A stretch of DNA of 43,254 bases from assembly GCA_045632465.1 (NCBI GenBank), contig JAZQWS010000068.1, positions 1 through 43,254 on the forward strand, given 5' to 3'. The translations under genes and the position numbers were made by a program. The stretch comes from Eubacteriales bacterium (GTDB lineage: Bacteria; Bacillota; Clostridia; Oscillospirales; CAG-272). Below are positions 7,978-16,081 of the stretch, piece by piece. The first letter of the stretch is position 1. Each line of letters starts with the position of its first letter. The notes beneath the pieces are model-generated. The model did no database searches and was not told the origin of the DNA. It saw only the letters and a program-made list of their open reading frames with translations.

Positions 7978-8921
7978 TGGGCGGTTGCTTTCTCGGAATC
8001 GATACGAGCAATTACACAACGTCCGTTGCCGTGATCGCTGAGGATGGGGCGGAACTTGCCAATATCAAATACCCGCTTCCCGTAAAGGAAGGTAAGCGAG
8101 GGCTTCGCCAGTCGGATGCCCTTTTTTCGCACACAGTGGCATTGCCCAAGGCAATAGAGCGCGCAAGAGAGGTCGTTGGCTCTCGCCATATTTTTGCGGT
8201 TGGGGTCAGCGCTCGGCCGCGAAACGTGGAGGGATCGTATATGCCATGCTTTTTGGCGGGCGTATCTGCTGCCACGGCGCTTTCTATGGGCGCGGATGTC
8301 CCTTTGTATCAATTTTCCCACCAATGCGGTCATATCATGGCTGCGCTTTATTCCTCGGGAAGTGAATCGCTTCTTGCCTCACCATTTTACGCTGCGCACG
8401 TTTCGGGCGGAACAACCGAGCTTCTTCGCGTAGAGGCGGAAGCCGCAGGCTTTCGTGCTACCTGCATTGGTGGAACAAAGGATCTGAATGCCGGTCAGCT
8501 GATCGATCGTGTCGGCGTTGCTATGGGGCTCTCGTTCCCCTGCGGGCCCGCAATGGAGAAACTTGCGCTTGCCTGCGAGGAAAAGATTCCGAAGCGCGCA
8601 CCGCGCCTCGAGGGAACGTACGTGAATTTCTCGGGTGCAGAAAATCTTTCACTTTCTCTTTTTGAGAAAACGAAGGACAAGGGATTGACGGCGGCGTTTC
8701 TTCTTTCGCATATCGGAGAAGGACTTTCGCGTGCCACGCACGCCTGCATGGAAGCCTTTGGAGAAGCCCCTATTGTGTTTGCGGGTGGCGTTATGTCAAA
8801 TTCCATATTGAAGGAAAGACTTGGAAAGGAATTCCGTGCATTTTTTGCCGATCCTCTCCATTCGGCGGACAATGCGGTAGGCATTGCCGTTCTTGCAAGA
8901 AAAAAGCATCTCGGCATATAA
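7974..8921 (+). CDS. Kae1/TsaD-like (peptidase M22 family) protein, probably a paralogue
   Basis: 'LGIDTSNYTTS', HxxxH 'SHQCGH', 'VSGGTT', 'AGQLIDRVG', 'AGGVMSN', 'DNAVGIA'. Confidence 0.8.
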   Translation: MMGGCFLGIDTSNYTTSVAVIAEDGAELANIKYPLPVKEGKRGLRQSDALFSHTVALPKAIERAREVVGSRHIFAVGVSARPRNVEGSYMPCFLAGVSAATALSMGADVPLYQFSHQCGHIMAALYSSGSESLLASPFYAAHVSGGTTELLRVEAEAAGFRATCIGGTKDLNAGQLIDRVGVAMGLSFPCGPAMEKLALACEEKIPKRAPRLEGTYVNFSGAENLSLSLFEKTKDKGLTAAFLLSHIGEGLSRATHACMEAFGEAPIVFAGGVMSNSILKERLGKEFRAFFADPLHSADNAVGIAVLARKKHLGI

Positions 8922-8985
8922 AACCGAGAATTTTATAAATAGCACGTGTTCGGTATCGTCCGTTCACCTTGCGGAAAGGAGCGTT

Positions 8986-10221
8986 ATGGATATTTCTTCA
9001 TTGAGAGAGCGGGCGCAGGTCGAGCCCTCTACCGTCACGGAATTGAATGAATATATTAAGGGGCGGCTGGAAAGCGATGCGCATCTTTCGCGTGTTTTCG
9101 TTCGCGGTGAGATATCCAATTTCACGCGCCATTCCAGCGGTCATCTCTATTTTTCAATCAAAGATGAGGGGGGGCAGATTCGCGCGGTGATGTTTCGCTC
9201 TGCGGCTGCATCCTTGACCGTTGCTCCTGAGGACGGTATGAAGGTGATTGTAACGGGCTCGGTGTCGCTTTACGTGAAGGGAGGATCGTATCAGATCTAC
9301 GTTACCTCCTTGCGCCCGGACGGATTGGGCGCGTTATATCTCGCTTATGAGCGATTAAAGCAGAAGCTTGAGGCGGAAGGACTGTTTTCGGAGGAACGAA
9401 AGCGCCCGTTGCCGCCTTTCCCAAAAAAGATTGGTGTTATCACGTCGCCAACGGGTGCGGCGATCCGTGATATTTTGCATATAACAGGCAGGCGGTATCC
9501 GCTCGCCAATATCCTTTTGTATCCTGCGCTCGTGCAGGGAGAGGGAGCGCCCGCCTCTTTGCTTGCCGGCCTTCATTACTTTGAATCCTCGGATGCCGAT
9601 GTGATCATTATCGGTCGCGGCGGTGGCTCGATTGAGGATTTGTGGGCGTTTAATGATGAGGCGGTTGCAAGAAAGATTGCCGCAATGCCGATGCCCGTGA
9701 TTTCCGCAGTCGGTCATGAAACGGATTTTACAATCTGCGATTTTGTTGCTGACCTCCGTGCGCCAACGCCGTCTGCCGCGGCAGAGCTTGCCGTTCCGGA
9801 CGTGCGTGAGCTGATTCTTTCGTTAGACGGTGCGGCAGAACGTGCATCCGGAGCGCTTTTGCAGCTCGTGAAGAGAAAGGGCGAGCGACTTTCTTCGCTT
9901 GAGGATCGCTTGCGCTTGCTAGGCAGCGGCAGATTGTTTGAAGGAAAGCGGCAAACGCTTTCGCATCTTGCGGAAAAACTGCAATCGGCGTTGAAAATTA
10001 ATCTGGAAAGAAAAGGTAACGAGATTGCGTTGCGAGCCGAGAAACTTGAGGCACTGAGCCCGCTCCGTGTTCTCGGTCGCGGTTATTGCGTTGCGGAAAG
10101 CAACGGAAGTGTTGTTTCATCCGTTGAATCGGCGGCGATCGGAGCGCCGCTATCTATAACCCTTTCGGATGGAAAAATCTCTGCTGTGGTGCAGGATAAG
10201 GAGAAATTTTCGAATGAGTGA
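8986..10221 (+). CDS. xseA: Exodeoxyribonuclease VII large subunit
   Basis: 'VRGEISNF..H.SGHLYF', 'IGVITSPTGAAIRD', 'GRGGGSIEDLWAFN', 'SAVGHETD', 'RAPTPSAAAE'; ATG 8986 follows AAGGAG. Confidence 0.96.
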   Translation: MDISSLRERAQVEPSTVTELNEYIKGRLESDAHLSRVFVRGEISNFTRHSSGHLYFSIKDEGGQIRAVMFRSAAASLTVAPEDGMKVIVTGSVSLYVKGGSYQIYVTSLRPDGLGALYLAYERLKQKLEAEGLFSEERKRPLPPFPKKIGVITSPTGAAIRDILHITGRRYPLANILLYPALVQGEGAPASLLAGLHYFESSDADVIIIGRGGGSIEDLWAFNDEAVARKIAAMPMPVISAVGHETDFTICDFVADLRAPTPSAAAELAVPDVRELILSLDGAAERASGALLQLVKRKGERLSSLEDRLRLLGSGRLFEGKRQTLSHLAEKLQSALKINLERKGNEIALRAEKLEALSPLRVLGRGYCVAESNGSVVSSVESAAIGAPLSITLSDGKISAVVQDKEKFSNE

Positions 10222-10450
10222 AAAAAGTATAAGCTTCGAGGAGGCTATGGAACGCCTGGATGGCGCCGTTAAGGCTCTCGAAAGCGGAAATCTCGGATTG
10301 GATGCCGCTATGAAAACCTACGAGGAGGCTGTAAAGCTTCTTCGTATCTGCCATAGCGCGTTGGAGAGTGCCGAGCGCCGTGTCAGCATCCTTGTGGAGG
10401 GCGAGGGCGGTTCGCTTTTTGCCGCTCCCTTTGAATCCAATGAGACTTGA
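10214..10450 (+). CDS. xseB: Exodeoxyribonuclease VII small subunit
   Basis: 'SFEEAMERLD..V..LESG.L.LD.AM..YEE...L...C...LE.AE'; overlaps the xseA end. Confidence 0.93.
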   Translation: MSEKSISFEEAMERLDGAVKALESGNLGLDAAMKTYEEAVKLLRICHSALESAERRVSILVEGEGGSLFAAPFESNET

Positions 10451-11171
10451 TGTTTTTTTGGCCGAAAATGGCTTTGCGCGTAGCCGTACGGAGGCAAAGC
10501 AACTGATAGAAGCGGGGGCTGTTACCGCTGGTGGCCGCGTGCTTGATAAAGCGTCCATGTCCGCTGATGGGCTCGAGGAAAGCATCGTCCTGGATAGGAC
10601 GGCAAAAAAATACGCCAGCCGCGGCGGAACGAAGCTGGAAGGTGCGCTTTCTGCATTTTCATTGAACGTACATGGTGTACGTGCCATTGATATCGGTGCT
10701 TCCAGTGGTGGGTTTACGGATTGCCTTTTGCAAAACGGTGCGTCACGCGTGATTGCATTGGATTCCGGCAGAGATCAGCTCGTGCAATCCCTGCGTTTCG
10801 ATCCGCGCGTTCACGTGATCGAAGGTTACAATGCGCGTTATCTCGTTGCGGAGGATCTTCCGTACGTGCCGAATTTTGCGGTGATGGACGTTTCCTTTAT
10901 TAGTGCAACCTATATCATTCCTGCCGTATATAATGTTCTTGAAGATGGAGCGGATTTTGTCTGTCTTGTGAAGCCGCAATTTGAGGTGGGGCGCGCCGCG
11001 ATTGGAAAAGGTGGTATTGTAAAGGACGAGAAAGCGCGCGAGGCCGCGCTTGCTTCCGTTGTCTCTTTTGCAGAGCGCATCGGCTTCATCTGTAAGGGCG
11101 CCATTCTTTCTCCGATACGCGGTGGCGACGGAAACGTGGAATACCTGGCGCATTTTCATAAAAAGATTTAG
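10440..11171 (+). CDS. tlyA: TlyA family rRNA methyltransferase
   Basis: S4 domain 'MRLDVFL...SR..AK.LI', 'YASRGG.KL', 'DIGASSGGFTDCLLQ', 'DVSFIS', 'LVKPQFE', 'GGDGNVEYL'. Confidence 0.95.
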   Translation: MRLDVFLAENGFARSRTEAKQLIEAGAVTAGGRVLDKASMSADGLEESIVLDRTAKKYASRGGTKLEGALSAFSLNVHGVRAIDIGASSGGFTDCLLQNGASRVIALDSGRDQLVQSLRFDPRVHVIEGYNARYLVAEDLPYVPNFAVMDVSFISATYIIPAVYNVLEDGADFVCLVKPQFEVGRAAIGKGGIVKDEKAREAALASVVSFAERIGFICKGAILSPIRGGDGNVEYLAHFHKKI

Positions 11172-11188
11172 TTTCGGGAGGCTTCGAA

Positions 11189-12025
11189 ATGAAGATCGTT
11201 ATTATACCAAATGAGAAGAAGGATAAGCAGTTCGTTTTGACTAAGCGCGTGATTGCAGAGCTTTTGTCCTGCAGTGCATCCGTTCTTTTCGATGCTTCTT
11301 TGCCGCTTGAGGCAGAGGGCGCTATCGCATACGAGCATTTTCCCATGGATGCGGATGCCATTATCGTTATCGGCGGAGACGGATCGATCCTGGATGCTTC
11401 ACATTATGCAGTGCAATTTGATATTCCGATTCTTGGAATCAACCTTGGGCGTCTTGGCTATCTCAGCGAGCTCGCGCCGACGGATATATCCAAGCTTTCA
11501 ATGCTTGTCGGCGGTGAATACACCGTGGAAGAGAAAATGCTGCTTGCGATCTCTATCGACGGAGTGGCAGTCGCTGAGCGCCTCGCAGTGAATGAGATCG
11601 TTTTCTCACATAGCAACCCCATGGAGCTTACTTATATAACGCTGACGGATCGGTACGGCGCCTCAATGAAATATAGAGCGGACGGCTTGATTTTCTCAAC
11701 GCCCGTGGGATCAACGGCGTATTCCTTCTCGGCAGGCGGTCCTATTGTGCTGCAGGATCATCCTTCGATATTGGTAACGCCCGTTTGCCCGCATTCCTTC
11801 TTTGATCGCTCTCTTGTTTTTTCAGATGAAGAGAAGTTAACGGTTTCTTGTGGATCGCAAGCGCCGCTGAATATTGCAGTAGACGGTCGCCCCTTTTGTG
11901 TTTTGAATGCGGGGGCCTCTTGCCAGCTTCAAAAAAGTGAGAAAAAACTGAAAATGATAACGTTTCGTAAGGAAAATCGAATGAATGCGCTATTTGCGAA
12001 AATGCGATCGATGAACGAAATATAA
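11189..12025 (+). CDS. nadK: NAD kinase
   Basis: 'GGDGSIL', 'GINLGRLGYL', 'AVNE', 'ADGLIFSTPVGSTAYSFSAGGP'. Confidence 0.96.
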   Translation: MKIVIIPNEKKDKQFVLTKRVIAELLSCSASVLFDASLPLEAEGAIAYEHFPMDADAIIVIGGDGSILDASHYAVQFDIPILGINLGRLGYLSELAPTDISKLSMLVGGEYTVEEKMLLAISIDGVAVAERLAVNEIVFSHSNPMELTYITLTDRYGASMKYRADGLIFSTPVGSTAYSFSAGGPIVLQDHPSILVTPVCPHSFFDRSLVFSDEEKLTVSCGSQAPLNIAVDGRPFCVLNAGASCQLQKSEKKLKMITFRKENRMNALFAKMRSMNEI

Positions 12026-12041
12026 AAGCGAGGAAACAATC

Positions 12042-12494
12042 GTGAAAAACGCAAGACATCAGAAAATTTTAGAGATTATAGAAAAATACGAGGTTGTTAC
12101 GCAGGGGGCTCTCATTGATCTTCTTGCAAAAGAGGGGTATTACGTTACGCAAACGACAGCCTCTCGTGATATTCGTGAATTGCGCTTGGTGAAGGGGCTC
12201 ACGGGCAAGGGAACGTATAAGTATGTGCTGCCCGAAATTAAGAAGGAAGGAAAGGCTTCTGCCTTGAATTCCGCTATCACCGATTCGATCGTTGCCGTAG
12301 ATTGTGCGGGGAACATGCTCGTTGTTCGCACGACAACGGGAATGGCCAATGCAATTGCCGTTTGTGTAGACCAGATGGCATTGGAGGGAATTCTCGGCTC
12401 GGTTGCGGGGGATGACACGATTTTGATGGTTGTGCGCGATGCGCAAACCGCGCAAAGCTTGAAAAATGAGCTGAAACGCTCGTTTGGTATTTAA
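12042..12494 (+). CDS. argR: Arginine repressor
   Basis: 'TQTTASRDIRELRLVK', 'GSVAGDDTI'; GTG start. Confidence 0.96.
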   Translation: MKNARHQKILEIIEKYEVVTQGALIDLLAKEGYYVTQTTASRDIRELRLVKGLTGKGTYKYVLPEIKKEGKASALNSAITDSIVAVDCAGNMLVVRTTTGMANAIAVCVDQMALEGILGSVAGDDTILMVVRDAQTAQSLKNELKRSFGI

Positions 12495-12512
12495 AAGAAA
12501 AAAGGAGCGCAT

Positions 12513-14201
12513 ATGCTACTTTCTTTACATATTGAAAATATCGCGGTCATTCATCGGCTGGACGTGGATTTTTCGGAAGGCTTTTCGGCTTTAACGGGCG
12601 AGACCGGTGCAGGAAAATCCGTAATTATAGATAGCATCAGGCTTTTGCTTGGTGCAAAGGCGGAGAGGGAATTGATCCGCACGGGTGAAAGCTCCGCGAT
12701 GGTAAGCGGTATGTTTGGCCGCTTCAGATCGGATGCCGCCAAGGCTTTGGATGCGGCCGGAATCTCCCCCGATGAGGATGGTATGCTTCTCGTGCAAAGA
12801 AGCATTACTGCAGATGGGCATTCCTCCATCCGTATCAATGGTCGCGCGGCCAATCTTTCCATGCTTCGCTTGATTATGCCTGCACTTGTCAGCATTCACG
12901 GACAAAATGACACACGTTCGCTGATGGAAAGCGATGTGCATCTTTCGATTCTGGATGCATACGGCGGCTATGAGGCGCTTTTGGCTGAATATAAAGCTGC
13001 ATACGTTGCATATGATAATGTTAGGAAAGAAAAGAAAAACGTGGCGGCTAAGGCCGCAGAGCGTGAGCGCCGTATGGAAATGCTCAGCTATCAGATACGC
13101 GATATTGATGCGCTGGCTCTTGAAGTCGGTGAAGAAGAACGCCTTGTGGATGAAAAGGTTCGCTTGAAGAGTAGTGAGCGTATTCTGAAGCACACGTCAT
13201 TCGTATATAAGGCGCTTCGAGGAAGTGACAAGGGCAGTGTTTCATTGCTTTTGGATCGAAGCATTGCCGCGCTGACGCAGATTTCGGATGTGATCCCGAA
13301 GTGCGCGGAATATGCCGAAACGCTCAGAGATTGTATGTATTCCGTGATGGACATTGCGGAAGAGGTCGCTGTGTATAGCGAGGATGCAGAGGTAGATCCT
13401 ACGGTTGCCTTGAATGATATCGAATCCCGCCTTGCGGATATTTCAACCTTAAAGAGAAAATACGGCTTGACGATCTCGGAAATCCTGGCTTACCGCGATC
13501 GCGCACGTGCGGAATATGAGGAGATGGAAAACGCGGATGAGCTTCTTTCCTCTTTGGAAAAGCAGGAGCGGGCGGCATATCGAGCGGCGTTGGCACTTGC
13601 TGATAGCTTGCATGAGCAACGTGTGAGCACGGCAGCGCGTCTTGAACTTTCTGTGAAGGAAACTTTGGAATTTCTTGATATGCCGAAAACGGTGTTTTTT
13701 GCTTCGGTCAAAGAGCAATTTGCAGGCGGCGAGAAGATTTTGTATCCAACGGGTAGTGATACGGTTGAATTTTTCGTCAGTGCCAATCGCGGCGCCGTTC
13801 CCAAGCCGATTGCGAAGATCGCATCGGGCGGAGAACTTGCGAGAATTATACTTGCGCTTAAATCCGCCCTCTCGGACAAGGAAGGCGTTGCCACGTTGAT
13901 TTTCGATGAGATCGATGCCGGTGTTTCAGGAAAAACGGCAAGAAAGATTGGACTTAAGATGCATAGCCTTTCCGAAACGGCGCAGATTTTCGTTGTAACG
14001 CATAGCGCGCAGATCGCTTCTCTTGCTGATACGCATTTCCTAATTGAGAAGAAGGATGTAAACGGCATTACCAAAACAGGCATCCGTCCGCTGGATAGAG
14101 ATGGGCGCATCGGTGAGATTTCGCGCATTCTCGGCGGAATTGAGGTAACGGATGCGCAAAAAAACGCGGCGATCGATATGATCGAGCGCAAGGAAATTTA
14201 A
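12513..14201 (+). CDS. recN: DNA repair protein RecN
   Basis: Walker A 'TGETGAGKS', 'IHGQND', signature 'ASGGELAR', 'LIFDEIDAGVSG', 'VTHSAQIA'. Confidence 0.97.
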   Translation: MLLSLHIENIAVIHRLDVDFSEGFSALTGETGAGKSVIIDSIRLLLGAKAERELIRTGESSAMVSGMFGRFRSDAAKALDAAGISPDEDGMLLVQRSITADGHSSIRINGRAANLSMLRLIMPALVSIHGQNDTRSLMESDVHLSILDAYGGYEALLAEYKAAYVAYDNVRKEKKNVAAKAAERERRMEMLSYQIRDIDALALEVGEEERLVDEKVRLKSSERILKHTSFVYKALRGSDKGSVSLLLDRSIAALTQISDVIPKCAEYAETLRDCMYSVMDIAEEVAVYSEDAEVDPTVALNDIESRLADISTLKRKYGLTISEILAYRDRARAEYEEMENADELLSSLEKQERAAYRAALALADSLHEQRVSTAARLELSVKETLEFLDMPKTVFFASVKEQFAGGEKILYPTGSDTVEFFVSANRGAVPKPIAKIASGGELARIILALKSALSDKEGVATLIFDEIDAGVSGKTARKIGLKMHSLSETAQIFVVTHSAQIASLADTHFLIEKKDVNGITKTGIRPLDRDGRIGEISRILGGIEVTDAQKNAAIDMIERKEI

Positions 14202-14259
14202 TACAGAGGACAAAAAAACAAAGGAAGAGCAAGGATAACGATAAAAGGGGAATTTTTCT

Positions 14260-15180
14260 TTGGATCTTCGCTTGTTTTTGCAGAGTCACAACATTGAATA
14301 CAAAGCAAAAGAGCGCGCTTCGCACCTGTCCTTTGTTGGAATTGGCGGTAGCGTGACTCTTGTAACGTATCCTAAAAATAGAGGAGAGCTTCTTTGCCTT
14401 CTTTCTTATCTCGTTTCGCACAGTATCCCCTATAAGGTGGTTGGGTATATGTCAAACATCCTTCCGCCTGATGGAGAATGGGGCATTTGCTTGGTTTGTA
14501 CAAAAAGGATGCGTTCGATATATTTTGAAAAAAATCAAACGGTTGCGGAATGCGGCGTTTCTCTTTCGGCCCTTTGCAGAGCAATGCTGAAAGAGGGACG
14601 TGTGCCTCTCGTTGAATTGTTTGGAATTCCCGCAACGGTTGGTGGCGCGGTATACCAGAATGCAGGGGCTTTTGATCGATCCATTTCGGACTGTATTCTC
14701 AGTGTTGATTTCTATGATCCGCGCTTTGATCGCGTGGTGAAAAAAGAGCGTAGTGAGCTTGCGTTTTCATATCGCAGCTCCTCCGTAGTCAACGAGGGAA
14801 TTGTTTTATCAGCCGATATATCAAGCGGTATAGGGAGTGCACCTGATGCTGCAGAAAAAATGGCCGCGCTTTGCCGTCGCCGTCGCCAATCTCAGCCACA
14901 TACTCCTTCCTTGGGATCTGTATTTTTGCGTGTCAACGGAATTTCAGCCGCATATTACATCGATCGTGCGGGATTAAAAGGGCGACGCATCGGCGGTGCT
15001 ATGGTTTCACCGAAGCACGCAGGATTTATTATAAATTCAGGTGGTGCAACCGCAGAAGATTATATCGCCTTGGTGAATCTTGTCGAGGCAGAGGTGCATG
15101 ATCGGTTTCATTTGAGCCTTCAAAAAGAAATTGAAATTATCAATACAAAGGAGAAATACCAATGGCTTCATTTTGCATAG
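14260..15180 (+). CDS. murB: UDP-N-acetylenolpyruvoylglucosamine reductase
   Basis: 'GIPATVGGAVYQNAGA', 'FSYRSS', 'PSLGSVF', 'SPKHAGFIIN.GGATA'; TTG start. Confidence 0.9.
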   Translation: MDLRLFLQSHNIEYKAKERASHLSFVGIGGSVTLVTYPKNRGELLCLLSYLVSHSIPYKVVGYMSNILPPDGEWGICLVCTKRMRSIYFEKNQTVAECGVSLSALCRAMLKEGRVPLVELFGIPATVGGAVYQNAGAFDRSISDCILSVDFYDPRFDRVVKKERSELAFSYRSSSVVNEGIVLSADISSGIGSAPDAAEKMAALCRRRRQSQPHTPSLGSVFLRVNGISAAYYIDRAGLKGRRIGGAMVSPKHAGFIINSGGATAEDYIALVNLVEAEVHDRFHLSLQKEIEIINTKEKYQWLHFA

Positions 15181-16055
15181 AGCAAAAGGAAGAGCTCGTC
15201 TCACAGTTGCCGAAAAGCAGCTGTTGCAGAAGGGCTTTTTTGCACGGAGTTCTCGCGGTGCGCGGAGAGCGCTCGGAGGATAGGGTATCTCTTTGCCTTG
15301 ATAATCAGAAAATTGCGGATGCTGTTCGTGCACTGGTTTTGGAATTCTTCGGAAAGGAAGCGCATGATATCCCGAGATCGAAGGGAGAACGAGGGGCATC
15401 CATTGGCTTCTTCAGCCCTTCGGCGATGCGCTATCTTCGTGAGATAGAAGAAAACGAGCACATGACGCCGATGCCGAAATGTCATGCCTGCGCGTCTTCT
15501 TTTTTGCAGGGCGTTTTTGTCGGTTGTGGCCGTCTCTCCTCACCGCAAAAGCAATACTGCCTTGAATTTTTGCCAAAAAACAGAACAAATGCACTAACAT
15601 CTTATTTGTCTGAAGTTGGCATAGAAATGAAATATGCAGAGCGAAACGGTGCGCCGATTCTGTATCTGAAGCGTAGCGAATCCATCGAGGATTTTTTTGC
15701 GATCGCCATGATGAATGCCACGGCGTTTCGCATGATGAATGCCAAAATAGAAGGCGATATTCGCAACACGGCAAACCGAGTTGCCAATTGCGAAACGAAT
15801 AATATTGAAAAAGCGGTGGTGGCTTCGGCGCGCCATATTTCCGCCATTGAGGATTTGGCAAGCCGTGGCCTCCTTTCATCACTTTCGGAGGAGCTGGAAA
15901 AGACTGCGCGCTTGCGCCTGGAATACAAAGATCTTTCCTTGTCTCAGCTTGCGGCGCTTTTTGTCCCTCCGATCACAAAGCCCGGTCTTTCGCATCGATT
16001 GAATCGCATCGTTGCGATAGCAAACAGGATTCTTGCAGGAGAATCGAATGATTGA
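15162..16055 (+). CDS. whiA: DNA-binding protein WhiA
   Basis: 'FLQGVFVGCG.LS.P.KQY.LEF', 'NRVANCETNNIEK', 'LSLSQL', 'TKPGLSHRL'. Confidence 0.93.
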   Translation: MASFCIEQKEELVSQLPKSSCCRRAFLHGVLAVRGERSEDRVSLCLDNQKIADAVRALVLEFFGKEAHDIPRSKGERGASIGFFSPSAMRYLREIEENEHMTPMPKCHACASSFLQGVFVGCGRLSSPQKQYCLEFLPKNRTNALTSYLSEVGIEMKYAERNGAPILYLKRSESIEDFFAIAMMNATAFRMMNAKIEGDIRNTANRVANCETNNIEKAVVASARHISAIEDLASRGLLSSLSEELEKTARLRLEYKDLSLSQLAALFVPPITKPGLSHRLNRIVAIANRILAGESND

Positions 16056-16081
16056 TATAAAAAACGAAGGGGGTGAATTCC

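Noticed and set aside
8939-8952. LexA (Cheo) box upstream of xseA (ATAGCACGTGTTCG)
   Set aside because: Only the GTTCG half matches CGAAC-N4-GTTCG
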